This document shows positions 1 through 9,688 of a stretch of 64,000 nucleotides of DNA, piece after piece. The notes beneath the pieces are model-generated. The model was not told the DNA's origin. It did not search any database and saw only the letters and a program-made list of their open reading frames with translations. The stretch is from an uncultured delta proteobacterium (GTDB lineage Bacteria > Desulfobacterota > Binatia > UBA9968). How positions within the stretch are numbered: the stretch's first letter is position 1; every line of letters starts with the position of its first letter. The translations under genes and the position numbers were made by a program. Location: positions 288,001 to 352,000 of the forward strand of contig CAVUZH010000003.1 of NCBI GenBank assembly GCA_963745835.1. The letters are read 5' to 3'.

Positions 1-1140
1 CAAAGCAATTCCGCATCGACTATCATTCCGCCGTATCTTGATGATCTACGCATTCCTGTCGGCTTGATCGGCACCTTGATTTCACTTGGGCCGGTTCTCG
101 CCCTGACATCGCGTCTCCCGGTGGGCATGGCGTACAACCATCATCGCGCCCGATTGCTGATCACGCTGGCGGTTCTCGCCATGGGCATGACGAATTTCGC
201 CTACAGCCTTGCCACCGATACGATTACGTTCGCACTGGTTCATTGTCTCAACGGCTTTGCCTACGGCGCGGTGACGACCCTCTATATGGCATTTTATGTC
301 GATTCCTTGGCTGCTGATGAGAACCGTAGTCACGCCATGGGATACTACGTGGGCAGTTTAGCCGTGGGTTATTCGACGGGAAATTTTTTCGGCGGGCTAT
401 TTGCCGATCATTTCGGCTACGCGATTACGTTTCAGGGCGCCGCGTTCTTGTCGTTGGTGCCATGCGCGCTGTTGTGGCTGTTGCGAGCGCCCGCCGGCCA
501 CGGGTCAGGCAAAGCTAAAGAGAAGCCCAAAGTAAAGTTGATGTCGAAAGAGTTCTGGCGAGCGCTGCTCGAACCGGGACTCGCCACCGTGGTAGTGACG
601 GCATTGTTTCTCAATTTGCTGCATCAGATGGGCGGCGTATTTATTTCCCTTTACGGATTGGCCGTCGGCATGACTCTGACGCAGATCGGCATCATCCGCG
701 CGGCTTATGCCGGAATCAATGCAATCACCCGCCCCATTAGCGGTCATGTGGTTGATAAAGTAGGCCATCGCCGTTTATCGTACGCCGGCATTCCGCTCCA
801 ATCCGCGCTGCTGATGTTGATCCCCCTATTCAGCGGTTTCGGCCCAATCTTAATTGTCTACATTATGTCGGGCCTGATGCGCGCCATTGTCATCGTCGCC
901 AATGCGGTTGGCTTGGTGCAAGACGTCGATGAGACCAAGGTGCAGCGCGGCATCGCTTCAGCGGTTTATAACTCGGCTGGGGACCTGGGCAATATCATCG
1001 GTCCCTCGGTCGGCGGAATCATCGCCCATGCTACCAGCATCGCTGCGGTGTTTGTTTATGGATCGCTGGGATCGACGATTCTATTTCTGCTGGTAATTTT
1101 CGCGGTGCGGCGAAATGGAAGGATGAATTATGAAAGCTAA
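1..1140 (+). CDS. MFS transporter (5'-truncated by window edge)
   Basis: Frame is open from base 1. Multiple hydrophobic helices; MFS motif A-like 'GHVVDKVGHRR' and 'DLGNIIGPSVGG'. Confidence 0.85.
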   Translation, partial: QSNSASTIIPPYLDDLRIPVGLIGTLISLGPVLALTSRLPVGMAYNHHRARLLITLAVLAMGMTNFAYSLATDTITFALVHCLNGFAYGAVTTLYMAFYVDSLAADENRSHAMGYYVGSLAVGYSTGNFFGGLFADHFGYAITFQGAAFLSLVPCALLWLLRAPAGHGSGKAKEKPKVKLMSKEFWRALLEPGLATVVVTALFLNLLHQMGGVFISLYGLAVGMTLTQIGIIRAAYAGINAITRPISGHVVDKVGHRRLSYAGIPLQSALLMLIPLFSGFGPILIVYIMSGLMRAIVIVANAVGLVQDVDETKVQRGIASAVYNSAGDLGNIIGPSVGGIIAHATSIAAVFVYGSLGSTILFLLVIFAVRRNGRMNYES

Positions 1141-1190
1141 AAATGATCCCGGCTCGGTCCTGATTTCCATTTTCTGCTTTCATCTTTTTC
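1119..1190. repeat. 7-mer tandem/inverted repeat element (GATGAA...TTCATC type) between convergent genes
   Basis: AAGGATGAA-TTATGAA-AGCTAAA ... TTTCCAT-TTTCTGC-TTTCATC-TTT; inverted relative of 38822-38890. Confidence 0.55.
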
Positions 1191-1191
1191 T

Positions 1192-2355
1192 TCAATAGGA
1201 CTTCGGCATGCCCAAGACATGCTGTCCAAGATACGCGAGCACCAAGTTGTTGCTCACCGGCGCGACTGTCAATAGCCGCGTCTCTCTAAATTTTCTTTCG
1301 ACATCGTACTCGGCGGCAAAACCGTAGCCGCCGTGAGTCGTCAGGCAAGCGTTGGCCGCCGCCCAGGCAGCTTCAGAGGCAAGAAGCTTGGCCATGTTGG
1401 CTTCTGCGCCGCATTTCTCCTTGCGATCGAATTTCGTTGCAGCCTGATAGCGGACGAGATCCGCCGCTTCGATTTGCGCATGGGCCTGGGCGATGGGGAA
1501 CTGGATACCCTGATTCGAACCGATGGCGCGGCCGAAGACAACCCGTTCAGACGCGTACTTGGCTGCGCGTTCGATGAACCAGTGGCCATCGCCGATAGCT
1601 TCGGCCGCCACTAAGATCCTTTCGGCATTCCAGCCGTCGATGATGTAGCGAAAACCCATCCCTTCCTGGCCAACAAGATTCTCCACCGGCACTTCAACAT
1701 TATCAAAGAACAGTTGATTTGTATGATGATTAATCATCAAGTTCAGAGGCTTAACTTCAAGTTTGTCTTTATTTTCTCGAAGGTCGACGATGAACACCGA
1801 GAGACCACGGGTTTTGTCTTCCAGCTCGTCGTAGGGTGTGGTGCGCGCGAGCAGAAGCATCAGATCGGATTGGAGCACCCGGGAGATGAAGATCTTTTGG
1901 CCATTGATGAGATACTTGTCGCCTTTACGAACAGCGGTGGTCTGAAGCTTGGTCGTCTCGGATCCGGCGTCGGGTTCCGTCACGCCGAAGGCCTGCAGGC
2001 GTAACTCGCCAGTGGCGATCTTCGGCAGATAACGTTTCTTCTGCTCGTTATTGCCATGGCGGAGAAGGGTGCCCATCGTGTACATCTGCGCATGACATGC
2101 AGTGGCCACGCCGCCGGAGTGATTGATTTCTTCCAGGATGATGCTCGCTTCGGTGATGCCCAATCCGGTTCCGCCAAATTCTTCCGGAATCAACGCGGCG
2201 AGCCAGCCCAGCTCGGAGAGTTTGCGCACGAATGCTTCGGGATATTCTTTTTTGCTGTCAACCTCGCGCCAGTAAGAATCGGGAAAATCTTTGCACACTC
2301 TTTTGATTTCTTCTCGAATCTGTTGCTGCTCTGGCGTTAGGTTGAAATCCATCAC
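1192..2355 (-). CDS. Acyl-CoA dehydrogenase
   Basis: Motifs 'FGVTEPDAGS', 'INGQKIFIS', 'RVVFGRAIG', 'HGGYGFAAEYDVERKFRE'. Confidence 0.95.
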   Translation of the reverse strand: MMDFNLTPEQQQIREEIKRVCKDFPDSYWREVDSKKEYPEAFVRKLSELGWLAALIPEEFGGTGLGITEASIILEEINHSGGVATACHAQMYTMGTLLRHGNNEQKKRYLPKIATGELRLQAFGVTEPDAGSETTKLQTTAVRKGDKYLINGQKIFISRVLQSDLMLLLARTTPYDELEDKTRGLSVFIVDLRENKDKLEVKPLNLMINHHTNQLFFDNVEVPVENLVGQEGMGFRYIIDGWNAERILVAAEAIGDGHWFIERAAKYASERVVFGRAIGSNQGIQFPIAQAHAQIEAADLVRYQAATKFDRKEKCGAEANMAKLLASEAAWAAANACLTTHGGYGFAAEYDVERKFRETRLLTVAPVSNNLVLAYLGQHVLGMPKSY

Positions 2356-2376
2356 TGCCTCCTATAATTAGGGCCG

Positions 2377-2533
2377 TAGCAGGCTGCTGAAAAAGTCTCA
2401 TATGCTTCGTTGCGCTCGATCGCCTCGCTTCAGCGTACTGCTAAAGTACGCCTCAGCTCGTTGACTCTTCGCGCGCCTCGCCTCTGAGATCTTTTTGAGC
2501 AGCCTGAAAGAGAATTACTTCAGCACTCGCTAG
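2377..2533 (+). mobile_element. MITE-like ~155-bp repeat, copy 1
   Basis: TAGCAGGCTGCTGAAAAAG...CTTTTTGAGCAGCCTG...TTCAGCACTCGCTAG with internal hairpin GCGTACT-gctaa-AGTACGC; homologous to copies at 30301, 32603 and 34040. Confidence 0.8.
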
Positions 2534-2576
2534 ACTATAGCGAAATGGTTTTCGTTGCCAATCAAGGAGGAAGGTC

Positions 2577-3089
2577 ATGGCAATCAAGCCGGGATGGGAA
2601 GGTCGGTACTTTGAAGATTTTGAGATCGGCGATATTTATCGTTGCCGGTTAGGACGAACGGTCACCGAGGCCGACAACATCTGGTTTACTCTGCTCACCA
2701 ATAACACCAATCAGATTCACTTCAACAATGAATACGGCAAGCGGACGGAATTCGGAAAATGCCTGATTAACAGCGCTTTGACCCTGGCGATCGTTGCCGG
2801 GATGGGTGTGGCTGACGTGAGCGAAAATGGTTTCGCCCTGGGTTGGGACGAGATCAAACTGCCCAACCCGCTGTTTGCAGGGGATACGCTCTATTCAGAA
2901 TCCGAAGTGCTGGAGAAGCGCGAGTCGAAATCAAAGCCGCAGTGGGGCATCCTCAAAGTGCGCACCCGCGGTGTCCAACAAGAAGGTAAAGTCGTCATCG
3001 ACTACGCGCGCAGCGTGATGGTTTGGAAAAAGGCGCATGCGCCGAAAAAAGATCTCTTTCCCACCATTAAGGAAGGTAATAAATCGTAG
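2577..3089 (+). CDS. MaoC-family (R)-specific enoyl-CoA hydratase/dehydratase
   Basis: 'GRYFEDFEIGD', 'GRTVTEADNIWFTLLT..NQIHF', 'PLFAGDTLY'; RBS AAGGAGG upstream. Confidence 0.9.
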   Translation: MAIKPGWEGRYFEDFEIGDIYRCRLGRTVTEADNIWFTLLTNNTNQIHFNNEYGKRTEFGKCLINSALTLAIVAGMGVADVSENGFALGWDEIKLPNPLFAGDTLYSESEVLEKRESKSKPQWGILKVRTRGVQQEGKVVIDYARSVMVWKKAHAPKKDLFPTIKEGNKS

Positions 3090-3127
3090 AGCTTAAGGGT
3101 TGAGCCTCGATCTCTAAGAAACTATCT

Positions 3128-3254
3128 TGTTCCAGCTGTTCCAATCGTTTCAAATGGTTCCAATAGTTCAAGATCCAACCTAAACTTAACTGGGGTGCCT
3201 CAGGTTCGAATTTGAACGACTGGAACGATGGGAACTACTGGAACAGTTGGAACC
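3128..3254. repeat. 9-mer tandem/inverted repeat element (GTTCCAATC...GATTGGAAC type)
   Basis: Five degenerate GTTCCA units (3128-3173), a spacer, then five TGGAAC units (about 3211-3254). Confidence 0.75.
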
Positions 3255-3277
3255 TGTTCACATAGAAAGAGGTAAGT

Positions 3278-4478
3278 GTGGCCAGCAGCGTAAAACCAAA
3301 CCGTGCTCTAGACGGAGTGAAAATTCTTGCGTTCGAGCAGGTCCTCTCCGGGCCATTTGCGACCTGTCTGCTTGCCGACATGGGCGCGGAGGTAATCAAA
3401 GTCGAACGGCCCGGGGTGGGCGATGTCATTCGTTCCTGGGATTCGGTCGTCAAGGGACTATCGTCGGGATACGTTTGGCTTAACCGCAACAAGCGCAGCT
3501 TGACCGTCGATGTCAAAAAAGAAAAAGGCAGAGAGATCCTGAGAAAATTGGCCAGCAAGTCCGACATTTTTTTTGAGAATTATGCTCCTGGCGTGGCCGC
3601 GCGCCTAGGTCTCGGCTACCAAGAACTAAGCGAGATCAATCCGCGATTGATTTATTGCTCTCTTTCAGGCTACGGCCAGGACGGACCGTATCGCGATGTG
3701 AAAGCATACGATCTGCTGATTCAGGGCGAAGGCGGAATTATTGCGACCACCGGCTATCCTGAAAAACCCGCCAAGGCAGGCATTGCTATTGCCGACATCG
3801 CCTCCGGGATGTACGCCGTTATCGGCATTGTGCTGGCGCTCTATGAGCGCGAGAAAACCGGCGCCGGTCAGCTTATCGATGTGTCGATGCTGGACTCTAT
3901 CGTTTCGTGGCTTGGTTATTTTCCACACCATTACTGGCATGCGGGAGAGGAGCCGGGTCGCGCCGGCATGCGCCACCATTATGTGACCCCGTACGGGCCC
4001 TACCTTGCGGCCGATGGCGAGTATGTGAATCTCGCGGTCGCCAGTCCAGCGGATTGGGCACAGTTTTGCCAAGTGGTGATCGAAAGGCCGGACCTGCTAA
4101 AAGATTCGCGCTTTAGAACCGTCCAGGATCGACGAAAGAACCGCAGCCGCGTTGGAAGAAGTCATTGAAGCGATTTTTCTCGAGCGCGATCACAAGCATT
4201 GGCTGGCCCAGCTAAAGCAAGCCGAAATGCCGCACGGCATCGTCCGCGGCATTGCTCAGGTGCTGGCGCACCCGCAAGTGGCGGCGCGAAAACTGATCCG
4301 TGAAGCGGATTCGCCCGTCGGTAAAGTACCGGTGATCGCCAACGCGCTCAAGATGTCCGATAGCCCTGCGCGCTACGACCGCATTCCCGATTTGGGCGAA
4401 GACAATGACGCAATCCTCCAAGAGCTTGGATACGATGCGGCGGCGATTGCGGAGCTGCGCCGTGACAAGGTGATTTGA
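3278..4478 (+). CDS. CaiB/BaiF family III CoA-transferase (frameshift near 4150, probably a sequencing error)
   Basis: 'LADMGAEVIKVE', 'NRNKRSL', 'GYGQDGPY', 'AYDLLIQ', 'IADIASG'; the C-terminus continues in ORF 4152-4478 ('PDLGEDNDAILQELGY'). Confidence 0.88.
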
Positions 4479-4525
4479 ATGTATGCGTGAGGGCGAACCA
4501 GTCGCAGCGAAACAACTAACCCTTG

Positions 4526-4664
4526 CACTACGAAAACACGAAGATCACCAAGTGACATAGCGCCGGATGAAAGGAGCTTATGTGTTTTGTGTTCGTTCGG
4601 ATTCGTCTCTGTCAAAATGATCGATTAACTTTACCTTCGTGGTCTTCGTGTGCTTCGTGGTGAG
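4526..4664. repeat. 9-mer tandem/inverted repeat element (CACGAAG...CTTCGTG type)
   Basis: CACTACGAAA-ACACGAAGA-TCACCAAG (4526-4552) and CTTCGTGGT-CTTCGTGTG-CTTCGTGGTG (4635-4662). Confidence 0.65.
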
Positions 4665-4681
4665 AATTTTCAAGGTGATTC

Positions 4682-5251
4682 ATGATGAAACGGGTCATCG
4701 GCGTGATGGGCGCTTCAGAAAGCGACGCGCTCACGGATGCCGAAAAAGCCCGGCTGAAGCAACTCGCAGAAAAACTCGGTAGCGCCATCGCCAAGCACGA
4801 TTGTATTTTGATCTCCGGAGCTACCACGGGTCTGCCGGATTTGATCTCGAGATCCGCGCGTGAACACGGTGGGTTTGCTGTCGGTATTTCTCCCGCCGAA
4901 AATCGCCGGGAGCACATCGAGCGCTATAAGATGCCGCCCGATGCGGCGGATGTGATCATTTATACCGGCTTTGGCCTCAAAGGACGCAACGTCATTAACG
5001 TGCGCTCGGCGGATATCGTCATCATTTTCGGCGGGGCAACCGGTACTCTGAATGAATTCACCATTGCCTATGACGAGGGAAAAGTGATCGGTATCCTCCA
5101 AGGCAGCGGCGGAGTCGCCGAGCACATTGGGGAGATCATTAGGATCTGCAAAAAGCCGACGAGGGGCCTGGTCGTTTACCATACCGACCCTGAGACGCTC
5201 ATCGAGAACTGCTTAAAGTCACTGCAATCTCATGACGGAAGAACAAGCTGA
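4682..5251 (+). CDS. LOG/TIGR00725-like Rossmann nucleotide-binding protein
   Basis: 'IGVMG', 'ISGATTG', 'TGFG..GRNVINVRSAD', 'GGATGTLNE'. Confidence 0.8.
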   Translation: MMKRVIGVMGASESDALTDAEKARLKQLAEKLGSAIAKHDCILISGATTGLPDLISRSAREHGGFAVGISPAENRREHIERYKMPPDAADVIIYTGFGLKGRNVINVRSADIVIIFGGATGTLNEFTIAYDEGKVIGILQGSGGVAEHIGEIIRICKKPTRGLVVYHTDPETLIENCLKSLQSHDGRTS

Positions 5252-5422
5252 CAGTCTCATGAAGGAAGTCTTCGGCTTTGGGCTCATAAGCGCTGTAAAC
5301 GGCCCACCGTCTCATTCAACAGTCGCGGTCACCTTCGCCGATCTACCTAAACACGCTTGCATTTTCAGGCAATGCAGATACGACGTCTTAACCTTCCGCA
5401 GCCTCAATCTTCGCGCACAACG

Positions 5423-5451
5423 TTGACAACTCGGGATGTGGCATGAATACT
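5423..5451 (+). promoter_or_regulatory. Putative sigma70 promoter
   Basis: TTGACA-N17-AATACT upstream of the gene at 5481. Confidence 0.5.
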
Positions 5452-5480
5452 CGCCGTGAACTATCGCATGGAGGGTCAGC

Positions 5481-6104
5481 ATGGAAGAACGAACGAAAAT
5501 TGAGTTGGATTCGGACTCGACGGCATTAGTGATCGTCGATATGCAAGTCGAAGGCTGCGAACGGCATGGCCCGGGCGTCAAGCCGGTGATCGGCAATATC
5601 CGCCGCTTGCTCGATCGCTTTCGCTCGCTCAACGGGAAAATTATCCATGTGCAATCAGTCAGAACTAAGGACCATCCCGAGTTCACCGTTTTCGGGCGGC
5701 CTTATGGATTGTTGATCGGCAGCCCGGGGGCTGATTTCGTCGAAGAGCTGAAACCGCTACCGGGAGAAAATGTCATTCAAAAAACTTCACACGATTGTTT
5801 TTATAAAACGACGATGGAAAAGGTCCTCCAGAAACTCGATCTGCAATCTTGCCGCGATAAAATCGTCGTTACCGGCATTGGCTCGAGCAACTGTGTTTAC
5901 CATGCGGTTATCGGGTTTCACATTAGAAACTACTACACGGTCGTGCTGGAAGATTGTATCCACGGTGTCCATCCGCAGTCTCAGCCGTTTGCGCTGCACC
6001 AGTTCCGATCCAATGCCTACAATTTCAATGTAACCGTGTCGCGATCCGAGGATCTCACATTTACCTCCAACACAGTCGCTCGGCAGCGGGCTTCCGGTAC
6101 ATGA
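5481..6104 (+). CDS. Isochorismatase-family cysteine hydrolase
   Basis: 'TALVIVDMQ', 'IQKTSHDCF', 'VTGIGSSNCV' (D-K-C triad). Confidence 0.88.
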   Translation: MEERTKIELDSDSTALVIVDMQVEGCERHGPGVKPVIGNIRRLLDRFRSLNGKIIHVQSVRTKDHPEFTVFGRPYGLLIGSPGADFVEELKPLPGENVIQKTSHDCFYKTTMEKVLQKLDLQSCRDKIVVTGIGSSNCVYHAVIGFHIRNYYTVVLEDCIHGVHPQSQPFALHQFRSNAYNFNVTVSRSEDLTFTSNTVARQRASGT

Positions 6105-7108
6105 GCTTTGCGGGTTTCATCAGGCAATTAAGGTCAAACATCGCACTGGTTTTTGTTTGCCTTGGCTGCGCCGCTGTTCCTTCACTTGCTCAAACACTTA
6201 AAGTTCCTTTCGCCGCGCTCTCTCCAAATTACGCGCCGCTCTGGATTGCAGATCAAGCAGGCTTCTTCAAGAAACATGGCCTCGATGTTCAACTCATCTA
6301 CATCTCGGCAGGCTCAGTGATTGTTCCGGCAATTCTTTCCGGTCAAGTCGAGATCGCCAACATGAGCTCGGCGCCTGCTCTTACAGCCTGGGCGCGAAGT
6401 GCGGAGCTCACTGCGGTCGGAGTGGCATCCAATCGTTTGCTGCACGTCGTGATGACTCGCGGGTCGATTAAAAAGCCGGAGGAGTTGAAAGGGAAGAAAA
6501 TCGGCAGTGATCGATACGGCTCATTCTCCGATTTGGTCTTACGAGAGGCTTTGAGGCACTACAACCTTGCGCCCGATCGTGACGTAGCCGTAATTCAAAC
6601 CGGTGGCTTACCCGAACGGCTTGGGGCGCTCAAGATCGGCGCTGTCGACGGCGCCATCGTCACGGGCGACACAGCGTTCGAAGCGGAGAAGCTGGGCTTT
6701 CACAAATTAATCGATCTCAGTCAACTACCGATCCAATATCCCGGCAGTACGATAATCGTGAGTAAATCGTTCTTATCCGCCAAGAGAGACGTCGTGAAAA
6801 GATTTCTGCGGGGCTGGGTTGAAGGGATCAAAACGGCAAAGACCGATAAGGAATTGACGGTCAGAGTTATGCAAAAATTTCTCAAGACATCAGATAGAGC
6901 GATCCTCGACAAAACCTTCGAAGTCTACAAACCGACTCACGAGCGAGTTCCGGCGCCCGATCCCAAGGTAATGGGCGTCGCCGTCAAGCAACTGGCCGTA
7001 ACCGTGCCGCAAGCCGCTCATTTAAAGGCTGACGACTTCATCGACCGAAGTCTGATCCTAGAATTGGAACAGGAAGGGTTTATTTCCAGAGTTTACGAGG
7101 GTCGTTGA
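6101..7108 (+). CDS. ABC substrate-binding protein, NMT1/SsuA/TauA-like
   Basis: ATGA overlap with the upstream stop; signal peptide; 'LWIADQAGFFKKHGLDV', 'LKGKKIG', 'FLRGWVEG'. Confidence 0.88.
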   Translation: MSFAGFIRQLRSNIALVFVCLGCAAVPSLAQTLKVPFAALSPNYAPLWIADQAGFFKKHGLDVQLIYISAGSVIVPAILSGQVEIANMSSAPALTAWARSAELTAVGVASNRLLHVVMTRGSIKKPEELKGKKIGSDRYGSFSDLVLREALRHYNLAPDRDVAVIQTGGLPERLGALKIGAVDGAIVTGDTAFEAEKLGFHKLIDLSQLPIQYPGSTIIVSKSFLSAKRDVVKRFLRGWVEGIKTAKTDKELTVRVMQKFLKTSDRAILDKTFEVYKPTHERVPAPDPKVMGVAVKQLAVTVPQAAHLKADDFIDRSLILELEQEGFISRVYEGR

Positions 7109-7226
7109 CGATTACACCGAGCATCTGTCCTGAGGATTCTCGATAAGAGATCTCGGCGAGCCTAAATTTGGCGCTATCGTATCTGTCCAACAATTTACCT
7201 TCACGGAGATTTCAAAATCTGTCGAA

Positions 7227-8120
7227 TCAGAGTCTCGCGCATTTCTCGACGAACGCTTTGACGATTCCGTTGAATGTTTCCGGTTGTTCCCGGTAGCAGA
7301 AGTGGCCGGCCTCATTGATGATGTGCATTTCGGATTTGGGATTGCTGTCGGCGATGATTTCGAAGAGCGCATGGCCGCGTTTGAGCTCGGCGGTCGGATC
7401 GTTGTAGCCCCAGACTAACAGTGTTGGCTGCGTTAGCTTCCCATGCATAACCCAGTTGAGAGTCTCTTCTTTGTGCAGAGCCAGGTGGGTGAAGAACTGG
7501 TTTCTTTTAAGTCCCTCGTCCTCCATCTTTCTGACGGTTGCCTGGTATTTTTCCGATTTGGCGATGTCTTCACAAGTATCCAGCCAATTCTGCGTGATGT
7601 GATTTGGCCTGAACGAGTAATGCTCGATGCACCAGCGCTGGCTTGCGCGGCTGAGGCGCGGCTTGGGCGCGTTGGCCATAATGAATTCCGTCTTCGAGGG
7701 CCCGGGCGCAAGCGTGCCGCTGTCGACAATGATACAGGAGCGAACCAGTTCCGGATGATCCAGTGTCAGCCGCGTAACGACGTAGCCGCCGCGCGAGTGG
7801 CCGATGACGTGAACATTCTTCAGCCCGAGTGCCTGTAACAGACCCGCCGCGTGCTTGACCGTCGCCGCCATCGTGTAGTCGGCGTCGGATTTCGGATTGC
7901 CGGTATAGCCTTGGCCGAGCTTGTCCATGGCGATGACGCGAAACCCCTGGGCGAGAACGTCGAAATTAAACTCCCAGTCGATGGCGCTTTCGCATGCGTC
8001 GGGTGTTCCCATGTGGCTGCCGTGAACCAGTAGCAGCACTTCGCCGCTGCCCTTGTCGAAATAGCGCGTCCTGATTCCATCAACGTCAACAAACTTTGGG
8101 TCGGTCATCATTGAGTTCAT
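7227..8120 (-). CDS. Alpha/beta hydrolase (C-C hydrolase/meta-cleavage-product hydrolase-like)
   Basis: 'LLLVHG', nucleophile 'GHSRGG', 'WGYND', 'AGHF'. Confidence 0.85.
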   Translation of the reverse strand: MNSMMTDPKFVDVDGIRTRYFDKGSGEVLLLVHGSHMGTPDACESAIDWEFNFDVLAQGFRVIAMDKLGQGYTGNPKSDADYTMAATVKHAAGLLQALGLKNVHVIGHSRGGYVVTRLTLDHPELVRSCIIVDSGTLAPGPSKTEFIMANAPKPRLSRASQRWCIEHYSFRPNHITQNWLDTCEDIAKSEKYQATVRKMEDEGLKRNQFFTHLALHKEETLNWVMHGKLTQPTLLVWGYNDPTAELKRGHALFEIIADSNPKSEMHIINEAGHFCYREQPETFNGIVKAFVEKCARL

Positions 8121-8243
8121 CCTCGAAGGTTAGAAGCGTGTTCGTCTGAAACAAAGGCCGTGGACGTGGCGAGCGCATTAGCGGTATTTTCTACCGGTTC
8201 CCATCACGACCACGCCGTTCTCCAGACACGATCACGGTGATCA

Positions 8244-9263
8244 TCATCGTTTCAGCGACTCGGCGAGCTCACGTAAATATTCTTCCTGTTCCTTGGCCTG
8301 GTATAAAGACAGCGAGTCGTCTTTTAACGGTATGCCGCCAATAAAATGAAAAGCGTGGGCGTCCCAATCGTAAAACTCGTCGCCCCGTTCACAAATCTCT
8401 TTCCACTTAAGTCCCACCGGACTCCGGTGCAAGCCCGTGCGCGCCGGAAGCGCCTCTTGCTGCTCGATGGACAGATTCGCATTTGCTTTGTCCGTCTCTT
8501 CTTCCGGGAGTCCGTCCCACATGCGCCGGTAGTTGGGAAAGAATTCCTCTTGGCGCACAGTCAGCGCCGTGTGCATGTCCCACCATGGGCCGTGTCCGGC
8601 GACGCGCTCGTCCACCTTATCTACCAACTTGTAAATCAGCCGGGCGCCCGCACGTAAACGAAGCACCAGCGTTCCCTCGGCGGTTTTGGAATTCTGTTCA
8701 GCTTGTACGCCGCAAAATTTTTCAAAGAACGCTGCGGTTTTGGTCAGGTCGCGGCAACCATAGACAGCATGACTGATGCGGCCGACTTTTTCTTCGGTGG
8801 CGATTTCCATGGCGCCTTCGGGCATCTGCACGGGGGCCCAGAACTCATATTGATTGCCGTCCGGGTCGGCGAAGTAGATGGCCGTGCCTTCCTCCCCTTC
8901 GGCAGTTGTCTTCACCGGGTCGGTGTGCGGAATCTTGTAGCGATCGAGCCGGCGCAGGTGCATGGGGATATCTTCCGAACGGATGTAAAAGCCGCAACGC
9001 GGCAGCTCTTGGCCAAGTTCTTTTGCCGGCGGATAGATCTCGGGCTGAAGAAAGCCGCCGATGCGGCACGATCCGCCCTCCCACCAGAGGAAGCAGATTA
9101 CCTTCATATTCTTTTTCCGCGCCGCCGTGGTCAGCCCCCTGATCGGTCTTCGCGTCAGCCCGATGCCGTTCACCGCCCAGTCTGTCCAGGCGACCATATC
9201 GTTGGTGCCGACGACAAAATGGTCGATCCAGTGAGCCGCGCCTTTGGGTTCGACGTTGTTCAT
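8244..9263 (-). CDS. Two-domain VOC/glyoxalase-family protein
   Basis: 'IDHFVV', 'IYFADPDGNQYEF', second module 'ISHAVYGCRDL' and 'EFYDWD'; AAGGAG upstream of ATG 9263. Confidence 0.75.
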   Translation of the reverse strand: MNNVEPKGAAHWIDHFVVGTNDMVAWTDWAVNGIGLTRRPIRGLTTAARKKNMKVICFLWWEGGSCRIGGFLQPEIYPPAKELGQELPRCGFYIRSEDIPMHLRRLDRYKIPHTDPVKTTAEGEEGTAIYFADPDGNQYEFWAPVQMPEGAMEIATEEKVGRISHAVYGCRDLTKTAAFFEKFCGVQAEQNSKTAEGTLVLRLRAGARLIYKLVDKVDERVAGHGPWWDMHTALTVRQEEFFPNYRRMWDGLPEEETDKANANLSIEQQEALPARTGLHRSPVGLKWKEICERGDEFYDWDAHAFHFIGGIPLKDDSLSLYQAKEQEEYLRELAESLKR

Positions 9264-9688
9264 CGTAAAGCTCCTTATCACTTTTTAGAAAGTTCCACTG
9301 ATTTCGAAATTCCATTCTTGAAGAGATGTTCAAGCCCCTCCTTCATCCCCCTCATCAGCGCGCGTGGAAGAGAGGCCAGAATCAAACAGCGCAACGTACA
9401 CAGATGTAGTCACGTATCGTCGGACCGCATGGGAAGGGTGTCAGGTGATTAAACAGCCCCCCTTCTGAGTTGCTGAGACAACACAAAGATAATCAACTCG
9501 TAGACCTGAGCCTGGAGGGTGCAGAATCCTCACCTCTAGGCAATATAATCTTTCCGGCAGTACTACAAGATGACGAATTCATCGTGCAATTACGACCGGG
9601 GAGAGCTAACGTCCGTAAACCTGACGAGCTTGTCTCTATGGTAGCGATAATAATACTACGCCGAACCTTCTGATTATTTGCGGCCCCC

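Noticed and set aside
3128-3254. CRISPR array
   Set aside because: Units are 9 bp, contiguous and inverted, with no 25-45 nt unique spacers and no cas genes.
9470-9673. 67-aa ORF left of IS630
   Set aside because: TTG start, no RBS and no recognisable motif; possibly a gene fragment but unsupported.
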